Translations under genes and position numbers: made by a program
Source: an uncultured Actinomycetes bacterium
GTDB taxonomy: Bacteria; Actinomycetota; Thermoleophilia; Gaiellales; Gaiellaceae
Length of the DNA: 64,000 nt
Direction of reading: 5' to 3'
Assembly (NCBI GenBank): GCA_963786055.1
Contig: CAWAXS010000007.1
Location: 1,163 to 65,162 of the forward strand
The notes under the pieces: generated by a model
What the model was told of the DNA's origin: nothing
Database searches by the model: none
What the model saw: the letters and a program-made list of their open reading frames with translations, nothing else
In this document: one piece after another, positions 54,723 to 63,764 of the stretch
Position numbering within the stretch: the first letter of the stretch is position 1
Layout: each line of letters begins with the position of its first letter

Positions 54723-54793
54723 GGGCCTGATGCTACTCGCTGCCGCAGCCGGGCAACGCCCGTCCGCCGCCTGGCGGGACGCGATCCTCGCCG

Positions 54794-56677
54794 CTACCCG
54801 CGGCTGACGGACTGCGTGACGTCGAGCCGCCGGTCGACGCGCGCGCGGTCCGCGCCCGGGCCGCCGTACACCCTGTCCGCTCGGCCGTCGCGCGCCCCGA
54901 CGAAGTCATTGCCGGGGCCGGCGACGACCCGGTCGCGCCCCGCGCCGGGAGCGAGGTAGTCGGCTCCCGATCCGCCGAGCAGGACGTCGTCCCCTTCGCG
55001 GCCCACGAGGACGTCGTCGCCGCCGAGCCCGCAGATCACGTCGCGCTGCCGCGTCCCCACGAGTCGGTCCCGCCCGTTCGTCCCGACGATCGTGCAGCGG
55101 ACGGGTCGTCCGCGCTCGTCGCGCGGACGGGCGGCCGTGCCGAAGGACGCGGTCGGCCCGTTCGCCGTGCCGGCGGCGTTGGACGCCAGGACGCGGAACG
55201 CGTAGCGCGTCCCGGGCGAGAGCCCGGTGACGGGAATCGAGACGCGGCTCGCCGTGCCCGACGGCGGGAGCACGACCGCGCCGGAGCGCGAGACGACCGC
55301 GCCGCGCCGCGAGACCTCCACCCAGACACGGGTCTCGAGCCCGCTGGTCGCGACCTCCGTGCCGATGCGCGCGCGTGTGAGCGAGATCGCGGACGCCGTC
55401 GGGCGGCCGACGACGGGAAGGCCCGCCGTCCGGAAGACCACGTCGGCGCCTCTCGTGGTGCCTGCCGAGCTCTTGGCGACGAGCCGTGCGTGGTACTCGG
55501 TGCCGGCGGCGAGCCCGGCGACCGACACGGACACGGCGACTCCGCCCCGCCCCGACCCGGCGTTCTTGACCACGGTCGAGGTCCCGTACGACGTCGTCTT
55601 CCCGAGCTCGAACCACCAGTTCGCGGAGTGCCCGAACGGGTCGACGGTGCCGGTCAGGACGACCGTCGCACCCGAGACCTGCGCCGGCCCGGTCGTGACC
55701 AGGGGGCCCTCGGTCGTGGCGAACGAGCGCGTCTCCCCGTTCGTGCTGCCGGCGTCGCTCCGCGCGACGACCCGGTAGTAGTAGCGCGTCCCCGGCTGGA
55801 GGCCGGTGAGCGGGGCGACGACCTTCTTGCCGCTGGTTCCGAACCCGACGTCGACGTCCGGCGTGCGGCTCCCGAGCGCGGATGTCGTGCCGTACTCGAA
55901 GTAGGCGACCGTGCCGCGGCCCTGAGGGTTCACGGACGCCGTGAGCCGCGCCGAGGAGATCGTGATGCTGTCGACGCCGCCGGTCGACACCGACGGCCCG
56001 CGGTCGGTGCGGAACGACCGGTCCGATCCGCGGGTGGTGCCGGCGTCGTTCGACGCGACCACGCGGAAGTGGTACGTGACGCCCGCGCTGAGCCCGGTCA
56101 GCCGGGTCGACACTCCCGTGGCGCTCGTTCCGGAGCCTGCCGATTGCGTGTCTGTCCGCGACCCGTAGCTCGTGCTCGTGCCGTACTCGATCCACCAGCC
56201 CGTCGGGAGTCCGTTCGGGTCGACCGTCCCGCCGACGGTCGCGGAGGTGGGCCCGAGCTGGGTCGCCGGGCTCGTCACCACGGTCGGGGCGGCGCCAGCC
56301 GTGGTCAATCCCCGGTCTGCCCCGCGGCTCGTGCCGCTCGCGTTGGCGGCCACGACCCGGTAGTGATAGGCGGTTCCGGTCGTCAGCCCGGTCAGCTGCT
56401 CCGAGACGTCGACGACGACCGTGCCGTTCCCGGCGCTCCGCGTCGCGGTGCGGGAGCCGTACGAGGTCGTTCTCCCGTACTCGACGTACCAGCTCGTCGC
56501 CTCTCCTCCGGGATCGACGCTCCCGGTCACGGTGGCGCTCGTGCCTCCCACCGACGTGGCCGGGCCGGTCACCGCGGTCGGTGCCTTGGCGACCGCCTGC
56601 GGCACCGCGGCGAGGGCGAGGCCGGCGACGACGGCGACGGCGAGACGGCGTCCCATGTGAGCGAGTCTCCCTCGCAC
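54794..56677 (-). CDS. Secreted protein with five tandem FN3-like repeats and C-terminal RTX/hemolysin-type Ca-binding repeats
   Basis: Signal peptide (alternative start at 56656). There are five ~90-aa repeats, each ending G(T/V)xY(H/Y)(Y/F)RVVA.N..G(T/S)..G. The C-terminus reads [41 protein letters not shown]. Confidence 0.7.
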   Translation of the reverse strand: MRGRLAHMGRRLAVAVVAGLALAAVPQAVAKAPTAVTGPATSVGGTSATVTGSVDPGGEATSWYVEYGRTTSYGSRTATRSAGNGTVVVDVSEQLTGLTTGTAYHYRVVAANASGTSRGADRGLTTAGAAPTVVTSPATQLGPTSATVGGTVDPNGLPTGWWIEYGTSTSYGSRTDTQSAGSGTSATGVSTRLTGLSAGVTYHFRVVASNDAGTTRGSDRSFRTDRGPSVSTGGVDSITISSARLTASVNPQGRGTVAYFEYGTTSALGSRTPDVDVGFGTSGKKVVAPLTGLQPGTRYYYRVVARSDAGSTNGETRSFATTEGPLVTTGPAQVSGATVVLTGTVDPFGHSANWWFELGKTTSYGTSTVVKNAGSGRGGVAVSVSVAGLAAGTEYHARLVAKSSAGTTRGADVVFRTAGLPVVGRPTASAISLTRARIGTEVATSGLETRVWVEVSRRGAVVSRSGAVVLPPSGTASRVSIPVTGLSPGTRYAFRVLASNAAGTANGPTASFGTAARPRDERGRPVRCTIVGTNGRDRLVGTRQRDVICGLGGDDVLVGREGDDVLLGGSGADYLAPGAGRDRVVAGPGNDFVGARDGRADRVYGGPGADRARVDRRLDVTQSVSRG

Positions 56678-56680
56678 CCG

Positions 56681-57310
56681 TTAACCCGGCATCGGGTGGC
56701 CGTTAACGATCCGTAAGCGCGCAAGCGCCTCGTCGGCGGGCAGCGCGCCCTCGCGAAGCACCTGCGGCCGGCCGGTCAGGTCGATCACCGTCGATGGCGT
56801 TCCGGGAAGCTCGCCGCCGTCGACGACGGCGTCGACGGCGGACACGAGCGCCGCAGGGACGTCCTGCAGGCGCCTCGGGTCGGGTCTTCCGGGAAGGTTG
56901 GCGCTCGTCGCGACGAGCGCTCCGAGCGCGTCCAGCACCTCGCGGCCCGGCCCGTGGAGGGCGGGAACCCGTACGCCGATCGCATCCGGCCGCTCCACGT
57001 TCAGCCAACCATATCGCCGCTCCGGGTTCGGCAGGACGAGCGTCACGGGTCCGGGCAGCAGCGCGCGGGCCATCCGCACGACGTCGTCCGGCAGCCCCGG
57101 CACACGCTGCAGGAGCTCCTCGACCGACGAGAGGAGGAGCGCCGTCGGCTGGATCGCGTCACGGCCCTTCGCCGCGTAGAGCGCGAGCGCCGCGGCCTCG
57201 CTCTCCCCGTCGGCGGCGAGGCCGTAGACGGTGTCGGTCGGAAGGACGACGAGCCCTCCGGCTCGGAGCGCCGCGATCGCCGCGTCGACGTCGTCCCGGG
57301 TGGTGGTCAC
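56681..57310 (-). CDS. tsaC: L-threonylcarbamoyladenylate synthase (YrdC/Sua5 family, YrdC domain only)
   Basis: 209 aa from the GTG at 57310 (GTGA overlap with the prmC stop). Motifs: LPTDTVYGLA, ATSANLPG, GTPSTVIDL. Confidence 0.85.
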   Translation of the reverse strand: MTTTRDDVDAAIAALRAGGLVVLPTDTVYGLAADGESEAAALALYAAKGRDAIQPTALLLSSVEELLQRVPGLPDDVVRMARALLPGPVTLVLPNPERRYGWLNVERPDAIGVRVPALHGPGREVLDALGALVATSANLPGRPDPRRLQDVPAALVSAVDAVVDGGELPGTPSTVIDLTGRPQVLREGALPADEALARLRIVNGHPMPG

Positions 57311-58134
57311 CCCGGCCGCTCGCCGTCGACACGCCCCTCGACGACGCGCTCGCGGCCGGCAAGGTCGCACGTCACCGTGACCTCGGCGTACCCGTGCTCG
57401 CCGAGCAGCGCCGCGACGTCGGACGCACCGTTCTCGTGCGTCTCGAGGACGAGTGCGCCGCCGGGACGCAGGGCCGCGGCGGCGTCGCGTACCAGAGCGT
57501 CGGTCTGACCACGGTCGACGAGCGCGACGTCGGGCTCCCAGTCGACGACGTCCCGCGGCAGGGACGCGATCTCGACGGCCCGGACGTACGGCGGGTTCGA
57601 CACGACCAGGTCCCAGCCTTCACCGGGGAGCCCTGCGAAGAGATCGTGGCGCCGGAGCTCGACGTCGACACCCGTGCGTTCCACGTTCTCGCGGGCGAGG
57701 GCGAGCGCGTCCTCCGACACGTCGATGCCGGTCACGCGGGCTCCCGGGTGCTCGTGGGCGATCGCGAGCGCGATCGCGCCCGACCCGGTGCCGACGTCGA
57801 GCACGCTCGGCGCGTCGGCGCCGTCCAGCAGCGCCAGGCACCGCTCGACGACCGTCTCGGTCTCGGGGCGCGGGATGAGCGCCCGCCGGTCGACGGCCAG
57901 CGTGAGCCGGCGGAAGCCCCACTCGCCGAGGACGTACTGGAGCGGCTCGCCCGATGCCCTCCGTGCGACGAGCGCCCGCGCCCCTTCGAGCTCGTCTCGG
58001 GTCAGGGGACGGTCGAGGTGCATGTAGAGCTCGATCCGGTCGACTCCGAGAACGTGCCCCAGCAGGCGCTCGGCATCGAGCCGCGGCCGCTCGGACCCCT
58101 TCGCGGCGAGATGCTCGGCCGAGCGACGCAACAC
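57307..58134 (-). CDS. prmC: Release-factor glutamine N5-methyltransferase
   Basis: Motifs: IPRPETE, DVGTGSGAIA, SNPPY. The start is set to the GTG at 58134 because the ORF's N-terminal extension is a translation of the REP hairpins. Start is uncertain. Confidence 0.85.
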   Translation of the reverse strand: MLRRSAEHLAAKGSERPRLDAERLLGHVLGVDRIELYMHLDRPLTRDELEGARALVARRASGEPLQYVLGEWGFRRLTLAVDRRALIPRPETETVVERCLALLDGADAPSVLDVGTGSGAIALAIAHEHPGARVTGIDVSEDALALARENVERTGVDVELRRHDLFAGLPGEGWDLVVSNPPYVRAVEIASLPRDVVDWEPDVALVDRGQTDALVRDAAAALRPGGALVLETHENGASDVAALLGEHGYAEVTVTCDLAGRERVVEGRVDGERPG

Positions 58135-58158
58135 GTCGCCGATCGTGAGCGGGGCCTC

Positions 58159-58182
58159 GGTGTCCGACTTCAGTCGGACACC
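58159..58182. repeat. REP-like palindrome GGTGTCCGAC-TTCA-GTCGGACACC
   Basis: 10-bp perfect stem in the prfA-prmC spacer. Loop orientation is inverted relative to the copy at 42454. Confidence 0.8.
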
Positions 58183-58216
58183 TGCTCTTCCGAGACGGGG
58201 CTGCCGACGACGAACG

Positions 58217-58240
58217 GATGTCCGACCGAAGTCGGACATC
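58217..58240. repeat. REP-like palindrome variant GATGTCCGAC-CGAA-GTCGGACATC
   Basis: 10-bp perfect stem. The G-to-A change in the 5' arm is compensated by C-to-T in the 3' arm. Confidence 0.8.
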
Positions 58241-58255
58241 GAACCGTCGCCACCC

Positions 58256-59302
58256 TCAGACCGCCGCCTCGAGGGCGCGGCGACGCTCCTCGGCCTGAAG
58301 CGCGTCCGTGAACTCCTGGAGGTCGCCGTCGAGGATCTGGTCGAGTCGATGCACCGTGTGCTTGACGCGGTGGTCGGTGAGGCGGTTCTCGGGGAAGTTG
58401 TAGGTGCGGACCTTCTCCGCCCGCTCGCCGGTGCCGACCTGCGATCGTCGCGCGGCCGCGACCTCGGCCTGCTGCCGCTCCCGCTCGGCCTCGTACAGCC
58501 GGGCCCGCAGCACGCGCATCGCCTTCTGCTTGTTCTGGAGCTGCGACTTCTCGTCCTGCATCGAGACGACGATCCCGGTCGGCAGGTGCGTGATGCGCAC
58601 CGCCGAGTCGGTGGTGTTGACCGACTGGCCGCCAGGCCCGGTCGAGCGGTACACGTCGATCTTGAGGTCCTTGTCCTCGATCGCGACCTCGACCTCCTCC
58701 GCCTCGGGCATCACGGCGACCGTGGCGGTCGACGTGTGGATCCGCCCCTGCGACTCGGTGGCCGGGACGCGCTGCACGCGGTGGGTGCCGCCCTCCCACT
58801 TGAACACCGAGAAGGCGCCGTCGCCCTTCACGGCGAACACGGTCTCCTTCATGCCGCCGCCCTCGTTCTCGCTCGCCGAGAGGACCTCGCTCTTGAAGCC
58901 GCGGCGCTCCGCGTAGCGCTGGAGCATGCGCGCGACCTCACCGGCCCACAGCGCCGCCTCGTCGCCGCCGACGCCCTGACGCACCTCGACGATCACGTCC
59001 TTCCCGTCGGCGGGATCGCGCTCGACGAGCGCGAGCTTGAGCTCGTCCTCGAGCCGCTGCACGTCGACCTCGAGCTCGCCGGCCATCGCCGCGAGCTCGG
59101 GGTCCTGCTTCGCCTCCGCGAGGTCGGCGGTCGCCTGCCGCCACTCGCGTGCGGCACGGACGGCGGGCGCGAGCTCCTTGAGGCGCCGGCCGAGGTCCGC
59201 CGCCTCTCGGTGGTCCGAGTAGACCGCAGGATCGGACATCCGCTCCTGCAGCTCGGCGTGCGAGCGCTCGAGCTCGTCGGCCAGTTGTGCCAGCGTCGCC
59301 AC
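58256..59302 (-). CDS. prfA: Peptide chain release factor 1
   Basis: Has the RF1-type tripeptide PAT (VPATESQGRIHTS) and GGQ (GPGGQSVN). The GTG start at 59302 is chosen because the upstream part of ORF 58256..59362 runs into a REP element. Confidence 0.93.
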   Translation of the reverse strand: MATLAQLADELERSHAELQERMSDPAVYSDHREAADLGRRLKELAPAVRAAREWRQATADLAEAKQDPELAAMAGELEVDVQRLEDELKLALVERDPADGKDVIVEVRQGVGGDEAALWAGEVARMLQRYAERRGFKSEVLSASENEGGGMKETVFAVKGDGAFSVFKWEGGTHRVQRVPATESQGRIHTSTATVAVMPEAEEVEVAIEDKDLKIDVYRSTGPGGQSVNTTDSAVRITHLPTGIVVSMQDEKSQLQNKQKAMRVLRARLYEAERERQQAEVAAARRSQVGTGERAEKVRTYNFPENRLTDHRVKHTVHRLDQILDGDLQEFTDALQAEERRRALEAAV

Positions 59303-59338
59303 GGCGTCGATTGTAGGTGCGGGCCGGGAGCGAGCCTC

Positions 59339-59364
59339 AGGTGTCCGGCTGCAGCCGGACACCT
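59339..59364. repeat. REP-like palindrome variant AGGTGTCCGGC-TGCA-GCCGGACACCT
   Basis: 11-bp perfect stem. The A-to-G change is compensated by T-to-C. Confidence 0.8.
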
Positions 59365-59383
59365 CACCACGCGCCAGGTCGAA

Positions 59384-59424
59384 GGTGTCCGACTGCAGCC
59401 AGACACCGACTTCAGTCGGACACC
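59384..59424. repeat. Composite REP-like element GGTGTCCGAC-(21 nt)-GTCGGACACC
   Basis: The outer 10-bp arms are perfect. The interior holds a degenerate arm (GCCAGACACC) and a mini-hairpin CCGAC-TTCA-GTCGG. Confidence 0.7.
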
Positions 59425-59432
59425 CCGCGTGC

Positions 59433-59870
59433 TCAGCCGGTGGCCAGCGTCGCGTCGAGCGTGACCTCGGGAATGCCGGTGAGCGCCTTCGAGACCGGGC
59501 AGTTCGCCACCGCTCCCTCGGCGTGCCCGAGGAACGTTGCGTGGTCTGCTCCCGGCACCGTGCCGACGACCTTGATCGCGCCCTTGATGATCCCCTCGCC
59601 CGGCTGGAAGGTCACGGTGACCGAGGTCTCGAGCCGCTCGGGCGGCGTGCCCGCGCCCGCGAGCCCGTGGGACAACGCCATCGAGTAGCAGGCTGCCCAC
59701 GCCGCGGCGATCAGCTCCTCGGGGCTCGTCCGGCCGTCGGGCGTGTCGGCGCGCGAGGCCCAGGTCACGTCGAGCGGACCGAACGCTCCGCTGCCGACGC
59801 CCTCGATCGTCCCGCTGCCGTCCATGAGCGAGCCCGCCCAGGTCACCTTGGCCATGCGATCCGTCGCCAT
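59433..59870 (-). CDS. OsmC/Ohr-family peroxiredoxin
   Basis: 145-aa ORF with two conserved Cys contexts: AACYSMALS and ANCPVSKAL. Confidence 0.85.
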   Translation of the reverse strand: MATDRMAKVTWAGSLMDGSGTIEGVGSGAFGPLDVTWASRADTPDGRTSPEELIAAAWAACYSMALSHGLAGAGTPPERLETSVTVTFQPGEGIIKGAIKVVGTVPGADHATFLGHAEGAVANCPVSKALTGIPEVTLDATLATG

Positions 59871-60332
59871 TCAGTCGCCTCCCTCGTCGAGTGTCGTCGT
59901 CACGTCGATGCCGACTCCTGCGTCACGCAGGAGGTTGGAGAAGGAGCAGCCGCGGTCGGCCGCCTCGACCGCCGCGGCGAACGCCTCGCCGTCGACGCCG
60001 TCGACCTTGGCGTGCACCGCGAGCGCGGAGTGGACGATCAGGTGCCCCCTGCCCTCCACCTCGTCCATCGTGATCGTGCAGTGCACGTCGAGGCGGCCGG
60101 GCGGTGTCCCGGCGCCGGTCAGCTCGCCCGCGAGCGACATCGTGAAGCATCCGCCGTGCGCCGCCGCGAGCAGCTCCTCGGGGCTGGTCTTGCCCTCCGC
60201 ATCGCCGATCCGGGTCGGCAGCGAGTACGAGAGCCCGATGAACGCGCCCGACGTCGCAGCGGTCAGCGCACCGTGGCCGCGGGCGAGGTTGCCCTCCCAC
60301 GCGACCTCCGCCTCACGGACGATCCGCGGCAC
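59871..60332 (-). CDS. OsmC/Ohr-family protein (tandem paralog)
   Basis: 153-aa ORF with GGCFTMSLA and RGCSFSNLL. It abuts the downstream paralog with no spacer. Confidence 0.8.
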   Translation of the reverse strand: MPRIVREAEVAWEGNLARGHGALTAATSGAFIGLSYSLPTRIGDAEGKTSPEELLAAAHGGCFTMSLAGELTGAGTPPGRLDVHCTITMDEVEGRGHLIVHSALAVHAKVDGVDGEAFAAAVEAADRGCSFSNLLRDAGVGIDVTTTLDEGGD

Positions 60333-60352
60333 CTAGCGATCCCCCCGGGCCG

Positions 60353-61279
60353 TCACGCCATCACCTCGACCCTCCGGTCGGCTGCCTGCTCGGAGGAGCT
60401 CTCTCCTGCCTCGCGGCGCCGCACCTCCTCGATCGCGCGGATCGAGACCTCGACCTGGTCGAGGGTCGGCTCGCGGGTGGTGAGCCGCTGCAGCCAGAGC
60501 CCCGGCGCGAGAAGCGTCATCAGGACGCGGTTGTCCTGGTGCTTGCCGGCGTACCGGATGAGCTCGTAGGCGAGCCCTGCGATGACCGGCAGAAGGAGGA
60601 TCCGGCTGACGATCAGCCAGTACCAGACGGGACGGCCGACGAACGCGAAGACGAAGATTCCCAGCACCATGACCCAGAGCAAAAACGCCGTCCCGCAGCG
60701 CGGGTGGATCAAACTGAACTTCTGCACCTTCTCGGGCGTCAGCTCCGAGCCGCCCTCGAGGGCGTTGATGGTCTTGTGCTCCGCCCCGTGGTACTGGAAC
60801 ACGCGCTTGAGGTCGGGCAGCAGGCCGATCAGCGCGATGTAGGCGATGAACACCCCGACGCGGATCAGTCCCTCGACGATCACGAACCACGCGGTGTCGT
60901 CGATCGGCAGCCAGTTGGTGAGCAGCGCCGGCCCGACCTTGAAGAGCATCAGCGCGAAGCCGATCGCGATCGCGAACGAGAAGATGATCTGCCCGCGCGA
61001 GATCTCGGTGACGACGTTCCCCTCGTCGTCCTCCTCGCGCGCGGCGACGTTGGCGGAGATCGCGAGCGCGCGGAAGCCGATGGCCAGGGACTCGCCGAGC
61101 GCGATGACGCCGCGGATCACGGGCAGCCGCCAGATGCGATGGCGCTTCATCGGCGACGTGACGTCGCGGACGACCTCCTCGATGCCTCCCTCGGGTGTGC
61201 GGACGGCGACGGCCCAGCACGACGGGCCGCGCATCATCACGCCTTCGAGCACGGCCTGACCGCCGTAGGACACGCTCAC
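60353..61279 (-). CDS. DUF1385 (YqhQ-like) membrane protein
   Basis: 308 aa from the GTG at 61279. Motifs: YGGQAVLEGVMMRG, QYHGAEHK, HPRCGT. Confidence 0.8.
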   Translation of the reverse strand: MSVSYGGQAVLEGVMMRGPSCWAVAVRTPEGGIEEVVRDVTSPMKRHRIWRLPVIRGVIALGESLAIGFRALAISANVAAREEDDEGNVVTEISRGQIIFSFAIAIGFALMLFKVGPALLTNWLPIDDTAWFVIVEGLIRVGVFIAYIALIGLLPDLKRVFQYHGAEHKTINALEGGSELTPEKVQKFSLIHPRCGTAFLLWVMVLGIFVFAFVGRPVWYWLIVSRILLLPVIAGLAYELIRYAGKHQDNRVLMTLLAPGLWLQRLTTREPTLDQVEVSIRAIEEVRRREAGESSSEQAADRRVEVMA

Positions 61280-61319
61280 GTCGGCACCGTACCGACCATG
61301 GGCGGGCTGCCGCGGTCCG

Positions 61320-61538
61320 CTACGCGGACTTGGCGGCGGCGGCCTTCTCGAGGCGGCGCTGGAAGCGCTCCACCCGGCCACCCGAGTCCATCAGCTTCTG
61401 CTTGCCCGTGTAGAACGGATGGCACGCGGAGCACACCTCGACGTGGAGCTCGGCCTTCGTCGAGCGGGTCATGAACTCGTTGCCGCAGGAGCACGTGACG
61501 TGCGCGACGACGTACTCGGGATGGATGTCCGCCTTCAT
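61320..61538 (-). CDS. rpmE: 50S ribosomal protein L31 (Zn-ribbon type)
   Basis: MKADIHPEY...CSCGNEF...[10 protein letters not shown], 72 aa. The ATG overlaps the upstream stop (ATGA). Confidence 0.93.
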   Translation of the reverse strand: MKADIHPEYVVAHVTCSCGNEFMTRSTKAELHVEVCSACHPFYTGKQKLMDSGGRVERFQRRLEKAAAAKSA

Positions 61539-62476
61539 CGACCGGCCAGGATAGCAGAGGCGATTTCGGGCCCTACGTTGCCTCCCGAGACGACAGCGAC
61601 GATCGAATCCCCCTCGACCGCGCCGGCGAGGACCGCCGCGACGGCGGCCGCCCCGGCCGGCTCGCAGGCGAGCTTTGCGTCCGCGTAGAGGCGCCGCATG
61701 GCCTCCTCGATCTGCTCGTCCGTGACCGTCACGACCGCGACGCCCGCGTTCCGGCAGATCTCGAGCGAGAGGGCCCCGGCGAACGGCGCGTCGAGGCCGC
61801 CCGCGATCGTCCGCGGCGAGACGACGACCGGCGTGCCCGCCTCGAGCGCCCGCACGAGCGCGGGCGATCCTTCCGGCTCGACACCGACGACGCGGACGCC
61901 GCGTGGCGCGACCGCCGCCGTGATCCCGCCGATGAGACCGCCGCCGCCGACGGGGACGACGACCACGTCCACCCGCGGGACGTCCTCCAGGATCTCGAGC
62001 CCGACCGTGCCCTGGCCCGCCAGCACGAGGGGGTCGTCGAAGGGATGGACGAGGGTCGCGCCGGTCTGCGCCAGGTGCTCCTCGAGGCGCGCGAACGCGC
62101 CGGAGGGATCCTCGGCCTCGACGTCGATCCGCGCTCCGAGCGCCCGCGCGCGGTCGAGCTTGAACGGGCTGGCTGATCCCCAGCTGTAGACGACGCATTC
62201 CAGCCCCTCCGCGGCGGCTCCCCACGCGAGGGCGATCGCATGATTCCCGGCGGACGCCCCGGCGACGCCGCGTGCACGCTCGTCGGCGCTCAGCGCCGCG
62301 ATCCGGTTCGTGACTCCCCGCGCCTTGAACGACCCCGTGTGCTGGAGGAGCTCCGCCTTGAGCCCGAGCCCGGGCGCGAGCGCCGTGCCGTCGAGCAGCG
62401 GAGTGCGGCGCACGCGCCCGCGGATCGTCTCGGCCGCACGGACGACGTCGCCACGCGTGACCGGGTCACCGCTCAC
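61535..62476 (-). CDS. PLP-dependent threonine/serine dehydratase-family enzyme (no ACT domain)
   Basis: 313-aa ORF with the PLP-Lys motif TGSFKARG, plus [10 protein letters not shown] and VGGGGL. Confidence 0.8.
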   Translation of the reverse strand: MSGDPVTRGDVVRAAETIRGRVRRTPLLDGTALAPGLGLKAELLQHTGSFKARGVTNRIAALSADERARGVAGASAGNHAIALAWGAAAEGLECVVYSWGSASPFKLDRARALGARIDVEAEDPSGAFARLEEHLAQTGATLVHPFDDPLVLAGQGTVGLEILEDVPRVDVVVVPVGGGGLIGGITAAVAPRGVRVVGVEPEGSPALVRALEAGTPVVVSPRTIAGGLDAPFAGALSLEICRNAGVAVVTVTDEQIEEAMRRLYADAKLACEPAGAAAVAAVLAGAVEGDSIVAVVSGGNVGPEIASAILAGR

Positions 62477-62490
62477 GCGGCGAACCTAAG

Positions 62491-62496
62491 CAGAAT
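62491..62496 (+). promoter_or_regulatory. Candidate -10 box CAGAAT, 6 nt upstream of the GTG at 62503
   Basis: Seen directly, with no SD. Confidence 0.25.
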
Positions 62497-62502
62497 GCGC
62501 GC

Positions 62503-63764
62503 GTGAGCTCGCCGATCGACCCGGGGCCGCGCTCGCATCCGGTGCGCCTCGTCGTCACCGACGACCTCGGGCGTCGCCGCGCGACCGTGCTCTTCAGGCT
62601 CGTCCTCGCCCTCCCGCACTTCGTCTGGGTGACGGTGTTCGGCATGGCCGCGTTCACGCTCGGGTTCGTCGTCTGGCTGGCCGTGCTGTTCGAGCGCAGA
62701 GCGCCGCTGACGCTGCACCGCTTCCTCGTCTCCTACGTCCGTTACACGACCCACCTGTCGGCCTACCTGACGCTCGCGGCCGACCCCTACCCGGGCTTCA
62801 CGGGAGCAGGCCCGTACCCGGTGGACGTCGAGATCGGCCCGCCGCGCCGCTCAGGGACGGCTCGGCGCCGGCTTCCGGCTCCTGCTGGCCGTGCCGGCGT
62901 TCCTCGTGTCCTCGACGCTCGCAGGCTCGGCCGCCCTCGGCGCCTCCGTGGGCACGGCCGCCGTGAGCGGCCTGGGCGGCCTCGCGACCGTCGCCGCCCT
63001 CCTCGGCTGGTTCGCCTGCCTCGCGCGCGGGCGGATGCCGCGCGGGCTGCGCGACGCGACGACGTACGCCATCGGGTACGGCGCCCAGACCACGGCGTAC
63101 GCGCTCCTCCTCACCGACCGCTACCCGGACGCGACCCCGGGACGCGTCGAGCCGCCGCCGGAGCTCCCGCCGCATCCGGTCGCCATCCACGCGCGCGACG
63201 ACCTGGGACGGCCGCGGCTGCTCGTGGCCTTCCGTCTCCTGCTCGCGATCCCGCACCTCGTCTGGCTCACGCTCTGGGCCGTCCTGGCCGCGCTCGCGGC
63301 GGTCGTGGCGTGGCTGCTCGCGCTCGTCCTCGGCCGCGTCCCGCGCTTCCTCCACCGGTTCCTCGCCGCCTTCGTGCGCACGAGCACGCACGTCTGGGCG
63401 TTCCTCTGCGTCGTCGGCCGCCCATTCCCCGGGTTCGTCGGACGCGAGGGGAGCTATCCGATCGATCTGACGATCGCGCCGCCTGCCCCCCAGCGACGGC
63501 TCGGTGTGCTCGCCCGTCTCCTGCTCGCCGTCCCGGCGCTGCTCCTCCTGACGGCCTACACGACCGTCCTTTCGGTCGTCGCCATGCTCGGCTGGGCGTT
63601 CGCGCTCGTCACGGGGCGCATGCCCGGCGGGTTGCGCGACCTCGGCGTCGCGTCGCTGCGCTACCACGGCCAGGTGCTCGGATACCTCGCTCTGCGTGAC
63701 GTCCCGGTATCCCGACTCGTCCCCGGCCCTCGCGCCCTCGCCCTCCGAGCCGGTCGCGCCGTGA
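62503..63764 (+). pseudogene. DUF4389-type membrane protein with four internal repeats, frame-disrupted near 62845 and 63695
   Basis: Repeat units resemble RLLLA(V/I)P..L. ... GRMP.GLRD. ... Y...V..YL.L.TDRYP. The reading frame changes twice. The last segment VTSRYPDSSPALAPSPSEPVAP* ends at the TGA at 63762-63764. Confidence 0.6.

Noticed and set aside
58135-58239. N-terminal extension of prmC (MSDFGRTSVRRRQPRLGRAGVRLKSDTEAPL)
   Set aside because: This segment is the translation of two REP-like hairpins. The same peptide-like strings (VRLKSDT, PTEVGH) appear wherever the repeat occurs, in several frames.
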